DNA of 64,000 nucleotides from Bacteroidota bacterium (GTDB lineage: Bacteria > Bacteroidota > Bacteroidia > JABDFU01). The position numbers were made by a program, and so were the translations under genes. A model generated the notes under the pieces. The model had not been told where the DNA came from. It saw nothing but the letters and a program-made list of their open reading frames with translations, and made no database searches. This document shows, in pieces, positions 10,217 through 20,151 of this stretch (the stretch's first letter is position 1; each line of letters begins with the position of its first letter). The stretch lies in contig JABDFU010000002.1 of assembly GCA_013286385.1 (NCBI GenBank), positions 20,575 to 84,574 of the forward strand. Direction: 5' to 3'.

Positions 10217-11386
10217 CTATTCAATAACCATATAATTAAACGAAGGTGTTGCTCCTCCTCCGCTAAAATTGATTGTAAACGTTGTTGTGCCTGAGTTTAC
10301 AAAATAAGTCCAGGACTGAGCACTTGCATTTGCAGGGCTGATAATTACGACAGGAGCGACCGTAAATGACCCATTAAAAGTAATTGTTAAAACAGTATTG
10401 GTGCCATTATTAGTGCCGGTAGTTGTCACTATCCCTTTCATATCAGTTGAGCCTGTTGCAACTGCAGCTGCCGTTATACCATTGGCCATTGTAACCGCTA
10501 TTGCCGGAGCCGTTGTTTGTTGACTTCTGAGATGACCTCCATTTAAATTAAGCAAGGCAGTGTAATTTGGAGTAGTGCCGAGACTGACATTGCCAGCAAA
10601 ATAATTTTTGCCACCGGCCGAATATATCGCATAATTAGTTGTTCCACCCGTCATATTTTCGAGGTATAAACCGTAAACATTTGTGACGGTACTTGTGCTA
10701 ATAACGGGAGCAACGGCATAGTAATTATACAAATTTGTGACGGTTGCCTGGGCTACCACTTCAATGGTGGAATATACTCCAAAAAGGTTAGTGGCTGTCA
10801 GATTATTTCCAAATCCGTTTATTCCGGGCGAAGTAGAAATGCCATATACGTTAGCCGTTTGATTTGTAGTAAGTAAAACCAATGTTGGCTGTGAACTGAT
10901 TCCAAAAATTGCATTCGAGCTCCCATCGAAAAAAAGTCCACCGGTATTTAAAAGAATGTGCGGACTTACATTTCCACCCGCTCCTACTCCCAAATTTACA
11001 TCAATATTTGCGTTACCCTTTACTTCCAGATTGGTTCCGGGCGTTGATGTATTTATCCCTACATTACCCCCATTGGGATTTAAAAGCAAACTATAGTGTG
11101 TTCCTAACGCCCCGCTATTGGTTGCCTGGACATAGGCTCCGGTAGCTGTTGAGCCAAAACCAAAGTCGAGCACCCCCATATCACCACTGTTCTGACTCAG
11201 GCGTAAAATGCCAGTCTCTGCTATTCCTGTATTGGCTGGCAATCCTTCGGACGGAGCTTTAACTTCAAGGGTAAGAGCCGGTACAAACTGGTTACTGCCT
11301 ATCCCGATGCTTTGAGAAAGGCATGCGGTACTGTAATAACCGGACGACAATAGGATGAAAAAAAGACGAAAGTAAACTTTTCTCAT
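10217..11386 (-). CDS. secreted tail-fibre-family protein (paralog of 38624..40561) lacking the S74 chaperone domain, 389 aa
   Basis: Signal peptide, then SQSIGIGSNQFVPALTLEVKAP, which compares with SQSVGIGPAQFVPKSTLDVNGG in the 645-aa protein. Internal GGNVGINTSTPGTNLEVKG motif. Its stop lies 7 nt upstream of the ATG of the giant gene. Confidence 0.6.
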   Translation of the reverse strand: MRKVYFRLFFILLSSGYYSTACLSQSIGIGSNQFVPALTLEVKAPSEGLPANTGIAETGILRLSQNSGDMGVLDFGFGSTATGAYVQATNSGALGTHYSLLLNPNGGNVGINTSTPGTNLEVKGNANIDVNLGVGAGGNVSPHILLNTGGLFFDGSSNAIFGISSQPTLVLLTTNQTANVYGISTSPGINGFGNNLTATNLFGVYSTIEVVAQATVTNLYNYYAVAPVISTSTVTNVYGLYLENMTGGTTNYAIYSAGGKNYFAGNVSLGTTPNYTALLNLNGGHLRSQQTTAPAIAVTMANGITAAAVATGSTDMKGIVTTTGTNNGTNTVLTITFNGSFTVAPVVIISPANASAQSWTYFVNSGTTTFTINFSGGGATPSFNYMVIE

Positions 11387-11601
11387 GCCACTTTTTTATA
11401 TCACGCTTAAACGCAAAGAAACTTATAAATAAACAGTATACAATAAACAGTAAACAGCTAACCGATGACCTAAGTTAGTTGCTGTGTTGTCCATTGTCAA
11501 CCTAATATTTTACTATTTGTAGTAAATGAACCCCTGCTTGTAATAGCTAATTTGTTCATTTCGTTTTAAATAGTTCAATTTTTAGGGGCAATAATCTTTA
11601 T

Positions 11602-11609
11602 TATCTTTG
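11602..11609 (+). promoter_or_regulatory. candidate Bacteroidota -7 promoter box (TAnnTTTG) for the 508-aa gene
   Basis: tatctttg lies 26 nt upstream of the ATG at 11635. The motif is short, and several chance hits are expected in the window. Confidence 0.35.
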
Positions 11610-11634
11610 GTTCTTGTTTCGTTTAATGTAGGAA

Positions 11635-13161
11635 ATGAAAAAGGCATCGGAGGACTTGTTTCTGCTAATTAAGTCTTTGAACAGAAATGAGAAAGGCTAT
11701 TTTAAAAGGTTGTCTTCCTTTTACACTAAAAAAGGAGATGCCAATTACCTTGCTCTTTTTGATGCAATCCAGGAGCAGGATCATTACAATGAAGATGAAC
11801 TAAAGAAAAAATTCCAGGGTGAGAGGTTTGTCAGGCAAATCCATGTAGCGAAGAATTATTTATACAATTTCATTCTTGAAAGTACCGAATTGTACCAGAA
11901 AGATATTGATTCGAGACTTCGTAGTTATTTAAATCAAATTGAATTCCTTTCTGAAAAATCACTGTATCCTCAATGTGAAAAACTAGTTCGCAGGGCCAAA
12001 AAAATGGCGCTGCATTATGAGAGATTTACCCTGCTGCTTGATGTTCTTGCGCTTGAAAACAGATTGATGAGAAAACAGTTGTATACTGTTAAAAGTGAAA
12101 AGGAAATGGAAGAAATGTACATCAGGGAAATGGATTCAATTGACAAATATCGAAACATTGTTGAATACCGTCACTTTGTTTCATCCATTTTTATGAAGAT
12201 ATACAGCGGGAAGAAACAGGCTGCAGCTCAAAAACTAAAGAGCGTCGCTCATTCCCCATTGTTCACTTCAATGAAAAAGCTCAACTCCGGCAGGGCCAAA
12301 ATTTTGTATTACTATGGAAAAAGCTCATTTTCCCATTCCGTGGATGATCACCAAAATGCATATACCAACATGCGAAAATTAGTTGCTTTTTATGAATCCA
12401 ATCCCAAGTTTATCGAAATCAATCCGGGAGATTACCACAATGCCTTGAAGAACCTGGTTGCAGCCTGTAACAATCTTTCCCGTTTCGACGAAACTTTTAT
12501 TAACGTGCAAAAGCTGAAGTCATTGTCAACGAAATCAAAGCACCTGAATGAAGCAAACTTCTATTTCATCAATATTATTCTTCTGACCTTATATATTAAC
12601 ACGGGCGCACTCAAAGAAGGATTAAAGTTAATTGGCAGTATTCAGAAGGAATTTAAAGAACAGGACTTAAAACAAACTCGTAATAAGAGCGAAATTGAAT
12701 TATTCTACTGTTTCGCCTATCTATATATTTATGCAGAGCAATACGATAAAGCAAAATATTTCCTGCGTAAAATAATTAATAATTCAGACAAGCACCGGAC
12801 GGATCTGTATTGCAGTGCGAAAATAGTAAATCTAATTGTTCATTTTGAGATGAAAAGTGATGATCTTATGATTTCGGCATCCAGATCGACGAGCAGGTAT
12901 CTGCAAAAAATTAACCGGCATTATAAATTTGAAATCCTGCTGTTGAAATTTATCGAAGCCAACGGGTTCAGTATTCATTCAGAAAAAGAGAGGATGGCGG
13001 CATACAAATATTTGAGAGCAGAGCTGGTTAAAATTTTCCGTGATCCCACTGAAAAAAAGGAGCTTGATTATTTTGATTTTGAATCCTGGCTTGTCAGCAA
13101 AATAGAAAAGAGAAAATTCGTTGAAGTAGTGAAGGAAAAAAAACTGGCAATACATCACTGA
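11635..13161 (+). CDS. hypothetical all-helical (TPR-like) cytoplasmic protein, 508 aa, AT-rich gene
   Basis: Long clean ORF. No signal peptide or TM segment. Lys/Glu/Leu-rich helical composition. I recognise no catalytic motif. Confidence 0.55.
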   Translation: MKKASEDLFLLIKSLNRNEKGYFKRLSSFYTKKGDANYLALFDAIQEQDHYNEDELKKKFQGERFVRQIHVAKNYLYNFILESTELYQKDIDSRLRSYLNQIEFLSEKSLYPQCEKLVRRAKKMALHYERFTLLLDVLALENRLMRKQLYTVKSEKEMEEMYIREMDSIDKYRNIVEYRHFVSSIFMKIYSGKKQAAAQKLKSVAHSPLFTSMKKLNSGRAKILYYYGKSSFSHSVDDHQNAYTNMRKLVAFYESNPKFIEINPGDYHNALKNLVAACNNLSRFDETFINVQKLKSLSTKSKHLNEANFYFINIILLTLYINTGALKEGLKLIGSIQKEFKEQDLKQTRNKSEIELFYCFAYLYIYAEQYDKAKYFLRKIINNSDKHRTDLYCSAKIVNLIVHFEMKSDDLMISASRSTSRYLQKINRHYKFEILLLKFIEANGFSIHSEKERMAAYKYLRAELVKIFRDPTEKKELDYFDFESWLVSKIEKRKFVEVVKEKKLAIHH

Positions 13162-13193
13162 TTGCCGTTGTTTTTTTTAAGGAGGTCGAGCAA

Positions 13194-13346
13194 CTACTCC
13201 AGCCCATTCAGTTTAATCCCATAAATCGTCTGAAGCAGCAGCCCTAATTTTCCTTCGGGGAATCCCTTTCTGCTGAACCATTCGAGGTAAGACACGGGCA
13301 GATCAGCCAGCATCAAGCTTGTCGTGAAATATGTCCGCCATTTCAT
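13194..13346 (-). pseudogene. DUF3820-like remnant (50 codons carrying only the C-terminal conserved part)
   Basis: Hand translation: MKWRTYFTTSLMLADLPVSYLEWFSRKGFPEGKLGLLLQTIYGIKLNGLE*. The DLP.sYL.WF..KGFP.GKLG.LL...YEIKLNGL core is present. The usual N-terminal MPFGKYKG-type segment is missing. Confidence 0.45.
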
Positions 13347-13433
13347 CGCCGAAAGTCTCTACTCCATATAGATATATTTCCTTGACATCTTTAACAAACT
13401 GGAATGAACGAAAAACAGGAAGCGGAATGAAAA

Positions 13434-13616
13434 CTACTTCTTTATCTGTTTTCGCCATTTGTTAAATTCCTTTTTGTATTCTTCCTCGGATAAAAACCGG
13501 CCATTCTCTGCCTCCTTAATCATTGCCTTAAATGCTTTTTCAGACAATGGCTCGCCTGGAAGAATAGTGCTTTTAGCGGTTATTTTGGTGGTACTCATTT
13601 TTTCAATATTGTACAA
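13434..13616 (-). CDS. small hypothetical protein, possible orphan antitoxin, 60 aa
   Basis: ORF-track protein with a C-terminal ..AENGRFLSEEEYKKEFNKWRK pattern. It lies immediately upstream of a RelE/ParE-like fragment. This is weak evidence. Confidence 0.3.
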   Translation of the reverse strand: MYNIEKMSTTKITAKSTILPGEPLSEKAFKAMIKEAENGRFLSEEEYKKEFNKWRKQIKK

Positions 13617-13675
13617 AAAACGTACTACTTAAAGTTACTAATTAAAGGTCAGGAATAAAAGAGAAATGAATCTTT

Positions 13676-14935
13676 TCATAAATCCATGTCCCTCAGCATG
13701 GGGGCTACTTTAGCTGTGGTTCCTACCACCAGCAAAGTCATGACCCCGCCAAATATGACCGAAGGAATCAATCCCATGAGTTTGGCGGTGGCGCCTGATT
13801 CGAAGGCACCGATTTCGTTGGAGGAACCGATGAAGACGCTGTTGACTGAAGAAACACGGCCCCTCATTTCGTCGGGGGTAGCGAGCTGAAGGATAGTCGT
13901 TCGTATGACAACGCTCACATTGTCTACTCCTCCGGTAATGGCCAGCAGCACAAAGGAGAGGTAGAAATTTTCCGACAATGCAAAGGCTATGGTGAACACT
14001 CCGAAGGCCGCCACGTTTCCTAACAAAATTCTTCCGGCGCGCTTTTTAATCGGAAAAAATGCGATACTCAGAGCCACCACTACTGCACCGATTGCAGGAG
14101 CTGACCGTAAAAAGCCGAGTCCCGTGGCACCGGCGTGCAGGATCTGGTCTGAGAAGATGCGCAGCAAAGCGACTGCTCCTCCGAAAAGAACAGCGAACAA
14201 ATCTAAAGACAGTGCGCCCAGCAAAACCTGATTTGAAAAGACAAAACGTATTCCGGCTGAAATGCTTTCATAGACTGATTCGCTTCTGTCTTTTTTGCCT
14301 GCAGGCCGGGCCGGAATAAAGAAAATGAAAATCAGAGATGCCAGAATCAGGCCTGCATCGATGGCATAGGAAATGCAGGGCCCGAAAAACCCGTACAAAA
14401 GTCCGGCCGTTGCGGGCCCTGCAACGGCCGCGACCTGCCAGGTTGAGCTGCTCCAGGTGGCTGCATTTACGTAATGATTTTTTGCCACCAGTTGCGCAAA
14501 AAATGCAGAGTAGGAGGGGCCTATAAATCCCCGACACAGACCGGTTATGGCTATGGCGAAATAAATGGGGTAACTACCGAATCGCAATACATTCACGTGG
14601 ATGTCCATTGAGAAATAAAAAAGAAAGACGGTGCCCAGAACCAAAAAAAAAGTAGCCATCTGAATGACTTTTTTCCGGCTGATAATGTCTGCGATGTGTC
14701 CGGCGAAAAGGGCGACACAGAAAAAAGGAAGGGCTTCGGCCAGTCCGATAAGTCCCAGTTGCAAGGGGTCTTTGGTAATCTGCCACATCTGCCATTCGAC
14801 AACTACGCTTTGAATCAGGATGCCCATGGTCAGGGTGAAGCGTGCCAGAACAAAATACCTGAAATCCCGTATCCTCAAAGCTCCGAAAGGATCGTGCTTT
14901 ATTGGGCCAGGGCCTGAGCTAGATGTGTTTTCCAT
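13676..14935 (-). CDS. MFS transporter, 419 aa
   Basis: About 12 hydrophobic segments and the typical MFS loop composition. It overlaps the upstream ABC ATPase gene by 17 nt. Confidence 0.8.
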   Translation of the reverse strand: MENTSSSGPGPIKHDPFGALRIRDFRYFVLARFTLTMGILIQSVVVEWQMWQITKDPLQLGLIGLAEALPFFCVALFAGHIADIISRKKVIQMATFFLVLGTVFLFYFSMDIHVNVLRFGSYPIYFAIAITGLCRGFIGPSYSAFFAQLVAKNHYVNAATWSSSTWQVAAVAGPATAGLLYGFFGPCISYAIDAGLILASLIFIFFIPARPAGKKDRSESVYESISAGIRFVFSNQVLLGALSLDLFAVLFGGAVALLRIFSDQILHAGATGLGFLRSAPAIGAVVVALSIAFFPIKKRAGRILLGNVAAFGVFTIAFALSENFYLSFVLLAITGGVDNVSVVIRTTILQLATPDEMRGRVSSVNSVFIGSSNEIGAFESGATAKLMGLIPSVIFGGVMTLLVVGTTAKVAPMLRDMDL

Positions 14936-15569
14936 CCTTCAGTACAAATGTCCGGTCCGAAAGTTTTGCGAGTTCTTCGTTGTGCGTAACGATGATAAAT
15001 GTTTGTTTCATCTGATCCCGCAAGGTAAAAAACAGATGGTGCAATTCCCGGGCCGTGGTAGAATCCAGGTTGCCCGATGGTTCATCGGCCAGAATGATGG
15101 CCGGTTTGTTGATCAGGGCCCGGGCAACTGCAACGCGTTGCTGCTCGCCGCCTGAAAGCTCAGCGGGTTTGTGATGAACACGTTGCTCCAACCCCAGAAA
15201 TTCGAGTAACTGATTCGCGTTGGCCTCTGCTTGCTTTTGGGAAGTGCCGGCGATAAAGGCCGGGATGCATACGTTTTCAAGGGCCGTAAATTCAGGAAGC
15301 AGGTGGTGAAACTGAAATACAAAACCGATGTTTTTATTTCTGAAGGCGGCGAGCTTTCTGCTCCGAAGTCCGGTAATGGACACGCCATTAATGATAACCT
15401 CACCGGTGTCAGGTCTGTCCAGCGTACCCAGAATGTGGAGCAGTGTTGATTTGCCGGCACCGGATGCCCCTACAATGGAAACAATTTCTCCCTGCTTGAT
15501 TTCAATATCAATCCCTTTAAGGACTTCAAGGCTTCCGTAGGATTTATGAATATTTCGGGCACTGACCAT
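14919..15569 (-). CDS. ABC transporter ATP-binding protein (LolD/MacB-type ATPase), 216 aa
   Basis: Walker [10 protein letters not shown], signature [15 protein letters not shown], Walker [12 protein letters not shown]. Confidence 0.85.
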   Translation of the reverse strand: MVSARNIHKSYGSLEVLKGIDIEIKQGEIVSIVGASGAGKSTLLHILGTLDRPDTGEVIINGVSITGLRSRKLAAFRNKNIGFVFQFHHLLPEFTALENVCIPAFIAGTSQKQAEANANQLLEFLGLEQRVHHKPAELSGGEQQRVAVARALINKPAIILADEPSGNLDSTTARELHHLFFTLRDQMKQTFIIVTHNEELAKLSDRTFVLKDGKHI

Positions 15570-15574
15570 TCGTA

Positions 15575-15997
15575 CTATTTTTTATTTTGCTCATCCAGGG
15601 CGACTTTATCTTTGTACAGAACCAGCCACTTATCAACCGAAAGATACCGTTTTGTTTTCTCATCCATTACTTCAATGCTGCCTTTGTCCGGATTGGCTTT
15701 GAATTCGTATTTTTCAATGATGAAAGCTCCTCTCATAACTTTCATCACGCAAGTGTAATAATGCCGGTGCCCGGCAGGTTCCCGGTAGACCTCATATCCG
15801 TATGTTTCTGAGCTATAGGCTCTGGAAAAAGCGCTTAAATCGAGTTTGTTATGAATTTCCCTGACTTCTTTCAGCATTTTCTTTTCTACCAGCTGATCGA
15901 GTTTCAGTTTAGAGGAGTCGGATTGAAGGGGTTTGGCCTGCAGTCCGGGAATCAGAAAAATGAAAAGGGTAAAAAAGAGTGTACCTATTATTTTCAT
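15575..15997 (-). CDS. hypothetical secreted protein, 140 aa
   Basis: Signal peptide [21 protein letters not shown]. 4-nt start/stop overlap with the upstream gene. Confidence 0.5.
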   Translation of the reverse strand: MKIIGTLFFTLFIFLIPGLQAKPLQSDSSKLKLDQLVEKKMLKEVREIHNKLDLSAFSRAYSSETYGYEVYREPAGHRHYYTCVMKVMRGAFIIEKYEFKANPDKGSIEVMDEKTKRYLSVDKWLVLYKDKVALDEQNKK

Positions 15998-16644
15998 TTC
16001 GCTTCCAAAGTTAATTTAAAATAAGAAACTTTGCAGCGACGGATGATGAGCTCAGCGAAAAGGGCATTCCCGATCAGGCTGGCCCATTGGCCCACTATGC
16101 TGCACAGCACAGGATCAAAATCCCCGAAGTATTCCAGGAGCAGGAAATAGGTTCTGAAACTTACCGCTGTGGCTGCATAGGCATAGGATCGTATCATCCA
16201 GGACGAATGCCGGAGGCGGTCTTTCTTTTTTATAAAAACGTAGCCCTTGTAGGTACTGTAGCCCCACAGTACCGATAAAATAAAAAACGGTATCCGGGCC
16301 ATAATCCCGCCGCTTGCATACATACTCAAAAATTGTCCACCCGGCCAGGCTAACAAGAGTACACTCAGTACATAAATCTGCCCCAGTATTCTATGAATAA
16401 TAGGTTTTTTTATAATGATCCATCTGGAAAACTGAAGTATGCCGGTCAGCAGACAAAGAATGGATCCGCTGATGTGCATGTAAAATGAACTGCGCCAGAT
16501 TATATTGTCAGCAAGCTCCATTTTGGATTCCAAAAAGGCAAAATCACGGCTTCCGCTCAGGTAGGGCAAGGCATTTTTGACAAGCAAAAGAGAAAGGAAG
16601 ATAAACAGTACGATCCCAATGAACGATAAGATTCGTCTGATCAT
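15994..16644 (-). CDS. DUF2306-like integral membrane protein, 216 aa
   Basis: About 6 TM segments, and an HRILGQIYVLSVLL motif typical of this family as I recall it. Confidence 0.5.
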   Translation of the reverse strand: MIRRILSFIGIVLFIFLSLLLVKNALPYLSGSRDFAFLESKMELADNIIWRSSFYMHISGSILCLLTGILQFSRWIIIKKPIIHRILGQIYVLSVLLLAWPGGQFLSMYASGGIMARIPFFILSVLWGYSTYKGYVFIKKKDRLRHSSWMIRSYAYAATAVSFRTYFLLLEYFGDFDPVLCSIVGQWASLIGNALFAELIIRRCKVSYFKLTLEAK

Positions 16645-17615
16645 CAGTTGGAGCCTGCGGTGGGAGCAGTCATGATCTTCTGGTACTTGTTGCTGTTGGC
16701 AGGATCAATCTCATTGAGTACTGCAATCACCTGGTTTTTTTCGTCTGCAGTGGCACCTGAAAAAAGGTTAACGATTTCATCTGATTTGGCATTGAAAAAC
16801 AATTGAAGTGAAAAGGAGGTAGGCCTGTCCCTGTAAGCCTTTTGCAACAAAGCCATGTTGGTGAGGATTACCGTTTTGCCCTGATCTCTGTTAATCGACA
16901 TCTGATCCAGTCCAAGACGATGGTACTTGTACATATACTCCCGGATGGGCGCGTATACCGGATCCAACAGGTTATTTACCATTACATAACGGTTCCGGTT
17001 GCTGTTATCCGCCTGGTTCCATCCCACAACGCTTTGGTCACCCTGTGCATTGGTGCAGACGGTGGCTGCTTTCTGAAAATAAGGGGTCCCTCCGTACAGC
17101 GAAAAACTGTCGTAATCAAGGCCTACGAACATGTAGGCATAAAAGGCCAGAACCGAAGTCAGGTTTGACAGGTAGGCGCTTTCGTTGAACTCCAGCGGCT
17201 GGTATTCCACGTATGGAAACGTGAAATTTGCATCGTTGTAATTGATTAATATCGAACTGTAGGAACTCTTATAAGTCGGTCTTCCGGACTGAACCTGAAT
17301 GGAAGCTTTGCAGGTATTGTTGGTGTTATCGCTGATGGTAATCATCACGCTGCAGTCTATTCGCTCCTCATTTTTAAAATTGTCCTTGGTCCAGTGGGTA
17401 TTGTTCATGAATTCAAAGATGGCTTTTTGAAGGGTTTCGTAAACGTGCTTGTCACCTGAAAGCTGGGGGGTCAGTACCTGAACCTTGCAGTTGAGTTCCT
17501 GTGCGTGCAGAATGGTTCCGGCTAAAAGGGTGAATAGAGAAATACGGAGCCTGGTGAAAACCCCTGAGCTATAACGATTGGCTAACAGGGAGGAGCGGTT
17601 CGTTCTAATTCCCAT
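16644..17615 (-). CDS. DUF4835-family protein (conserved neighbour of coaBC in Bacteroidota), 323 aa
   Basis: Position directly downstream of coaBC, with an 11-nt overlap. Signal-like N-terminus. The length fits the family. Confidence 0.5.
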   Translation of the reverse strand: MGIRTNRSSLLANRYSSGVFTRLRISLFTLLAGTILHAQELNCKVQVLTPQLSGDKHVYETLQKAIFEFMNNTHWTKDNFKNEERIDCSVMITISDNTNNTCKASIQVQSGRPTYKSSYSSILINYNDANFTFPYVEYQPLEFNESAYLSNLTSVLAFYAYMFVGLDYDSFSLYGGTPYFQKAATVCTNAQGDQSVVGWNQADNSNRNRYVMVNNLLDPVYAPIREYMYKYHRLGLDQMSINRDQGKTVILTNMALLQKAYRDRPTSFSLQLFFNAKSDEIVNLFSGATADEKNQVIAVLNEIDPANSNKYQKIMTAPTAGSN

Positions 17616-18867
17616 TTTTGTTAATTCCTTTTTTGATATTTTTTTTGCTCAGTTTCTGCACCAGGTAATCCACAATATCCGCAGCAACTTCTTTCTTGTC
17701 TTTCAACTCAAATTTACTGATTTTATTGTTTTTATCCAGTATGCTGATCTTGTTTGTATCGCCTTTAAAACCTGCACCTTTGTCCTTAAGGGAATTCAGA
17801 ACGATAAAATCCAGGTTTTTCTTTTTAAGCTTTTCTTTTGCGAAATTCAGCTCGTTTGCAGTTTCCAGCGCAAATCCGACCAGCAGTTGCCTGCTGGTTT
17901 TTTTCTGACTGAGTTCTTTAAGAATGTCCTTTGTCTCTACTAAGTCAAGGGAAAGCGTCGGTTCGGAGGCCGAAAGTCCGGCAGATTTCTTTTTGATTTT
18001 TTCCTTTGCCGCTGTTAGGGGCCTGTAATCGGCTACGGCTGCAGAAAGTATTGCGATATCGCATTTGTGAAAATGCGAAAGACAGGCAATGTGCATTTCC
18101 TGAGCCGAGACCACATCGATTCGGCGGATATTGGGATGTTCAGCCACCTGCGAGGTGGGGCCGGTTACCAGTACTACATGAGTACCGCGGCCAGCCAGTT
18201 CTTCGGCCAGGGCAAATCCCATTTTGCCGGATGAATGATTGCCGATAAAGCGAACCGGATCGATGGCTTCATACGTTGGACCTGCTGTAACAAGGGCTGT
18301 CTTGCCTTTTAAGTGATCTTTTTTTAGAAACTGAGAAGCAAGAAAAGCCACAATTTCTTCGGGTTCAGCCATTCTTCCTTCTCCTTTGAGTCCGCTGGCC
18401 AGTTCACCCGAATTGGGGCCAATGATATAATTTCCGAAGGATTTAAGCAGACGGAGGTTGGTTCTGACAGAAGGATGAGCGAACATGTCCAGGTCCATTG
18501 CGGGGGCAATGTAAACCTGACAACGGGCCGACAGGTAAGCTGCCAATAAGAGGTTGTCGCAGATGCCTGCAGCCATTTTGCCAATGGTATTTGCAGTGGC
18601 CGGGGCGACTAAAAAAATATCCGCCCAACGTCCAAGTTCTACATGATTGCTCCAGGTTCCGTCTGTGGTATTATACAGATCGGTAACGACCGGATTTTTT
18701 GAAAGCGTGGCGAACGTTAAAGGTGTAATAAATGCTTTAGCCGAATCCGTCAGGATTACTTTTACCTGGGCCCCTTCTTTTACAAGCAGGCGGGTAAGAA
18801 CGGCCGATTTGTATGCAGCAATACCTCCGGTAATACCAAGAAGCACTTTCTTGCCGCTAAATAGCAT
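17605..18867 (-). CDS. coaBC: bifunctional phosphopantothenoylcysteine decarboxylase / phosphopantothenate-cysteine ligase
   Basis: N-terminus KKVLLGITGGIAAYKSAVLTRLL (flavoprotein domain). C-terminal ligase domain GPTYEAIDPVRFIGNHSSGKMG. 420 aa. Confidence 0.9.
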   Translation of the reverse strand: MLFSGKKVLLGITGGIAAYKSAVLTRLLVKEGAQVKVILTDSAKAFITPLTFATLSKNPVVTDLYNTTDGTWSNHVELGRWADIFLVAPATANTIGKMAAGICDNLLLAAYLSARCQVYIAPAMDLDMFAHPSVRTNLRLLKSFGNYIIGPNSGELASGLKGEGRMAEPEEIVAFLASQFLKKDHLKGKTALVTAGPTYEAIDPVRFIGNHSSGKMGFALAEELAGRGTHVVLVTGPTSQVAEHPNIRRIDVVSAQEMHIACLSHFHKCDIAILSAAVADYRPLTAAKEKIKKKSAGLSASEPTLSLDLVETKDILKELSQKKTSRQLLVGFALETANELNFAKEKLKKKNLDFIVLNSLKDKGAGFKGDTNKISILDKNNKISKFELKDKKEVAADIVDYLVQKLSKKNIKKGINKNGN

Positions 18868-18876
18868 TGTAGTGAA

Positions 18877-19206
18877 TTAGACGATTGGCTCGATCACCGG
18901 CTTTCTGTAATACACTTTGTCATCCAGAAATTCATGAACGGCAATATCCGAAGGCTTCGGCAAGCGTTCGTAAAATTTAGAAATTTCAATCTGTTCCCTG
19001 TTTTCGAAAACTTCTTCCAGGTTATCTGTATGAGATGCAAATTCAGCAAGTTTGCCGGTTAATTCTTCCTTAATTTCACTGCCGATCTGATTGGCACGTT
19101 TGGATATTATTGAAATCGATTCATACAAATTGTTCGTTTTCTCTTCCATCAGTCTAAGATCGCGTGTAACAGTAGTGCTTTCGGCATTTGTTTTTTTGTA
19201 ATCCAT
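18877..19206 (-). CDS. rpoZ: DNA-directed RNA polymerase subunit omega (Bacteroidota type), 109 aa
   Basis: NLYESISIISKRANQIGSEIKEEL motif, and the conserved bamD-rpoZ-coaBC synteny. Confidence 0.7.
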   Translation of the reverse strand: MDYKKTNAESTTVTRDLRLMEEKTNNLYESISIISKRANQIGSEIKEELTGKLAEFASHTDNLEEVFENREQIEISKFYERLPKPSDIAVHEFLDDKVYYRKPVIEPIV

Positions 19207-19213
19207 GGTCGTT

Positions 19214-20038
19214 TTAGGTATTTAGTTGAATTTTATATTTATCCTTTAATTTTAATGCCAAATCATAAACTGCTCCTGCTTCCTTCAGGTACTGGCTGTT
19301 GGGGTATTTGTCAACAAATTTAAGGTAGCTGTCCACCGTACTCCTGAGACGCTCAGCTCTTTTTGAATCAATGCTGTTAACCGTCAGTAAATAATTGGCC
19401 TTCACCTGAACGAATTTAAGTTCTTCAATAAACTTTGAATCCGGGAAATCTTTGGTGAAATTATCAATGGCCACAATTGCTGATTTGTAATTGCTGATCT
19501 TGAAATACTGCTTGGCGATTTCGCTGGCTTTGGTTTCGAGCTTGATCCGTAGTTTGGAAATAATATCGTTGGCTTCATCCAGGTGTTTACTCTTGGGATA
19601 TTGATTTACAAAACTTTGCAACTCTCTGATGGCCATATGGGTATCGGTCTGATCAAGGCTGTAAACCGGGGAGGTCAGGTAATAGCAATAGGCATTCATG
19701 TAGGCGCACTCCTCGGTTTTGGTACTGGTAGGAAAGGATTTTACAAAACTTTTAAAATGATAGGCTGCAAGAATATAGTCCCCTGTATTGTAATTGCAAT
19801 AGGCATAATAATATTGTACTTTTTCAGCATTGGCCGTTCCTCTGTAAACCGTGATCAGTTCTTCCAGCAAAGGAAGTGCCCGGTAATATTCTCCTTTTTC
19901 GAAGGCGCTCATGGCCATCTGGTATTTCTGTTCTACAGAGGCTTTTTTGGCAATTTTGGCATAGGGGTCGCAGGAGCTCAAAAAAGCCGTTACAAAACCC
20001 AACAAAGCGAAAAAGCCGACGATCTTTTTTACTCGCAT
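19214..20038 (-). CDS. bamD: outer membrane protein assembly factor BamD (TPR lipoprotein)
   Basis: Start moved to the ATG at 20038, giving MRVKKIVGFFALLGFVTAFLSSC (lipobox). TPR-like repeats. Synteny with rpoZ and coaBC. Confidence 0.8.
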   Translation of the reverse strand: MRVKKIVGFFALLGFVTAFLSSCDPYAKIAKKASVEQKYQMAMSAFEKGEYYRALPLLEELITVYRGTANAEKVQYYYAYCNYNTGDYILAAYHFKSFVKSFPTSTKTEECAYMNAYCYYLTSPVYSLDQTDTHMAIRELQSFVNQYPKSKHLDEANDIISKLRIKLETKASEIAKQYFKISNYKSAIVAIDNFTKDFPDSKFIEELKFVQVKANYLLTVNSIDSKRAERLRSTVDSYLKFVDKYPNSQYLKEAGAVYDLALKLKDKYKIQLNT

Positions 20039-20151
20039 TTTCAAGACTGCAAAGATAAGCAAATTAATTCAGTATCAATCTTATAAATTGTTAATATCTA
20101 GTTTTTGTCATTCTTTAATTATCCTTTAATTTCGCTCTAATAACCAAGGAA

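Noticed and set aside
19583-20086. 167-aa plus-strand ORF
   Set aside because: It is antisense to bamD, which is supported by a lipobox, TPR content and synteny.
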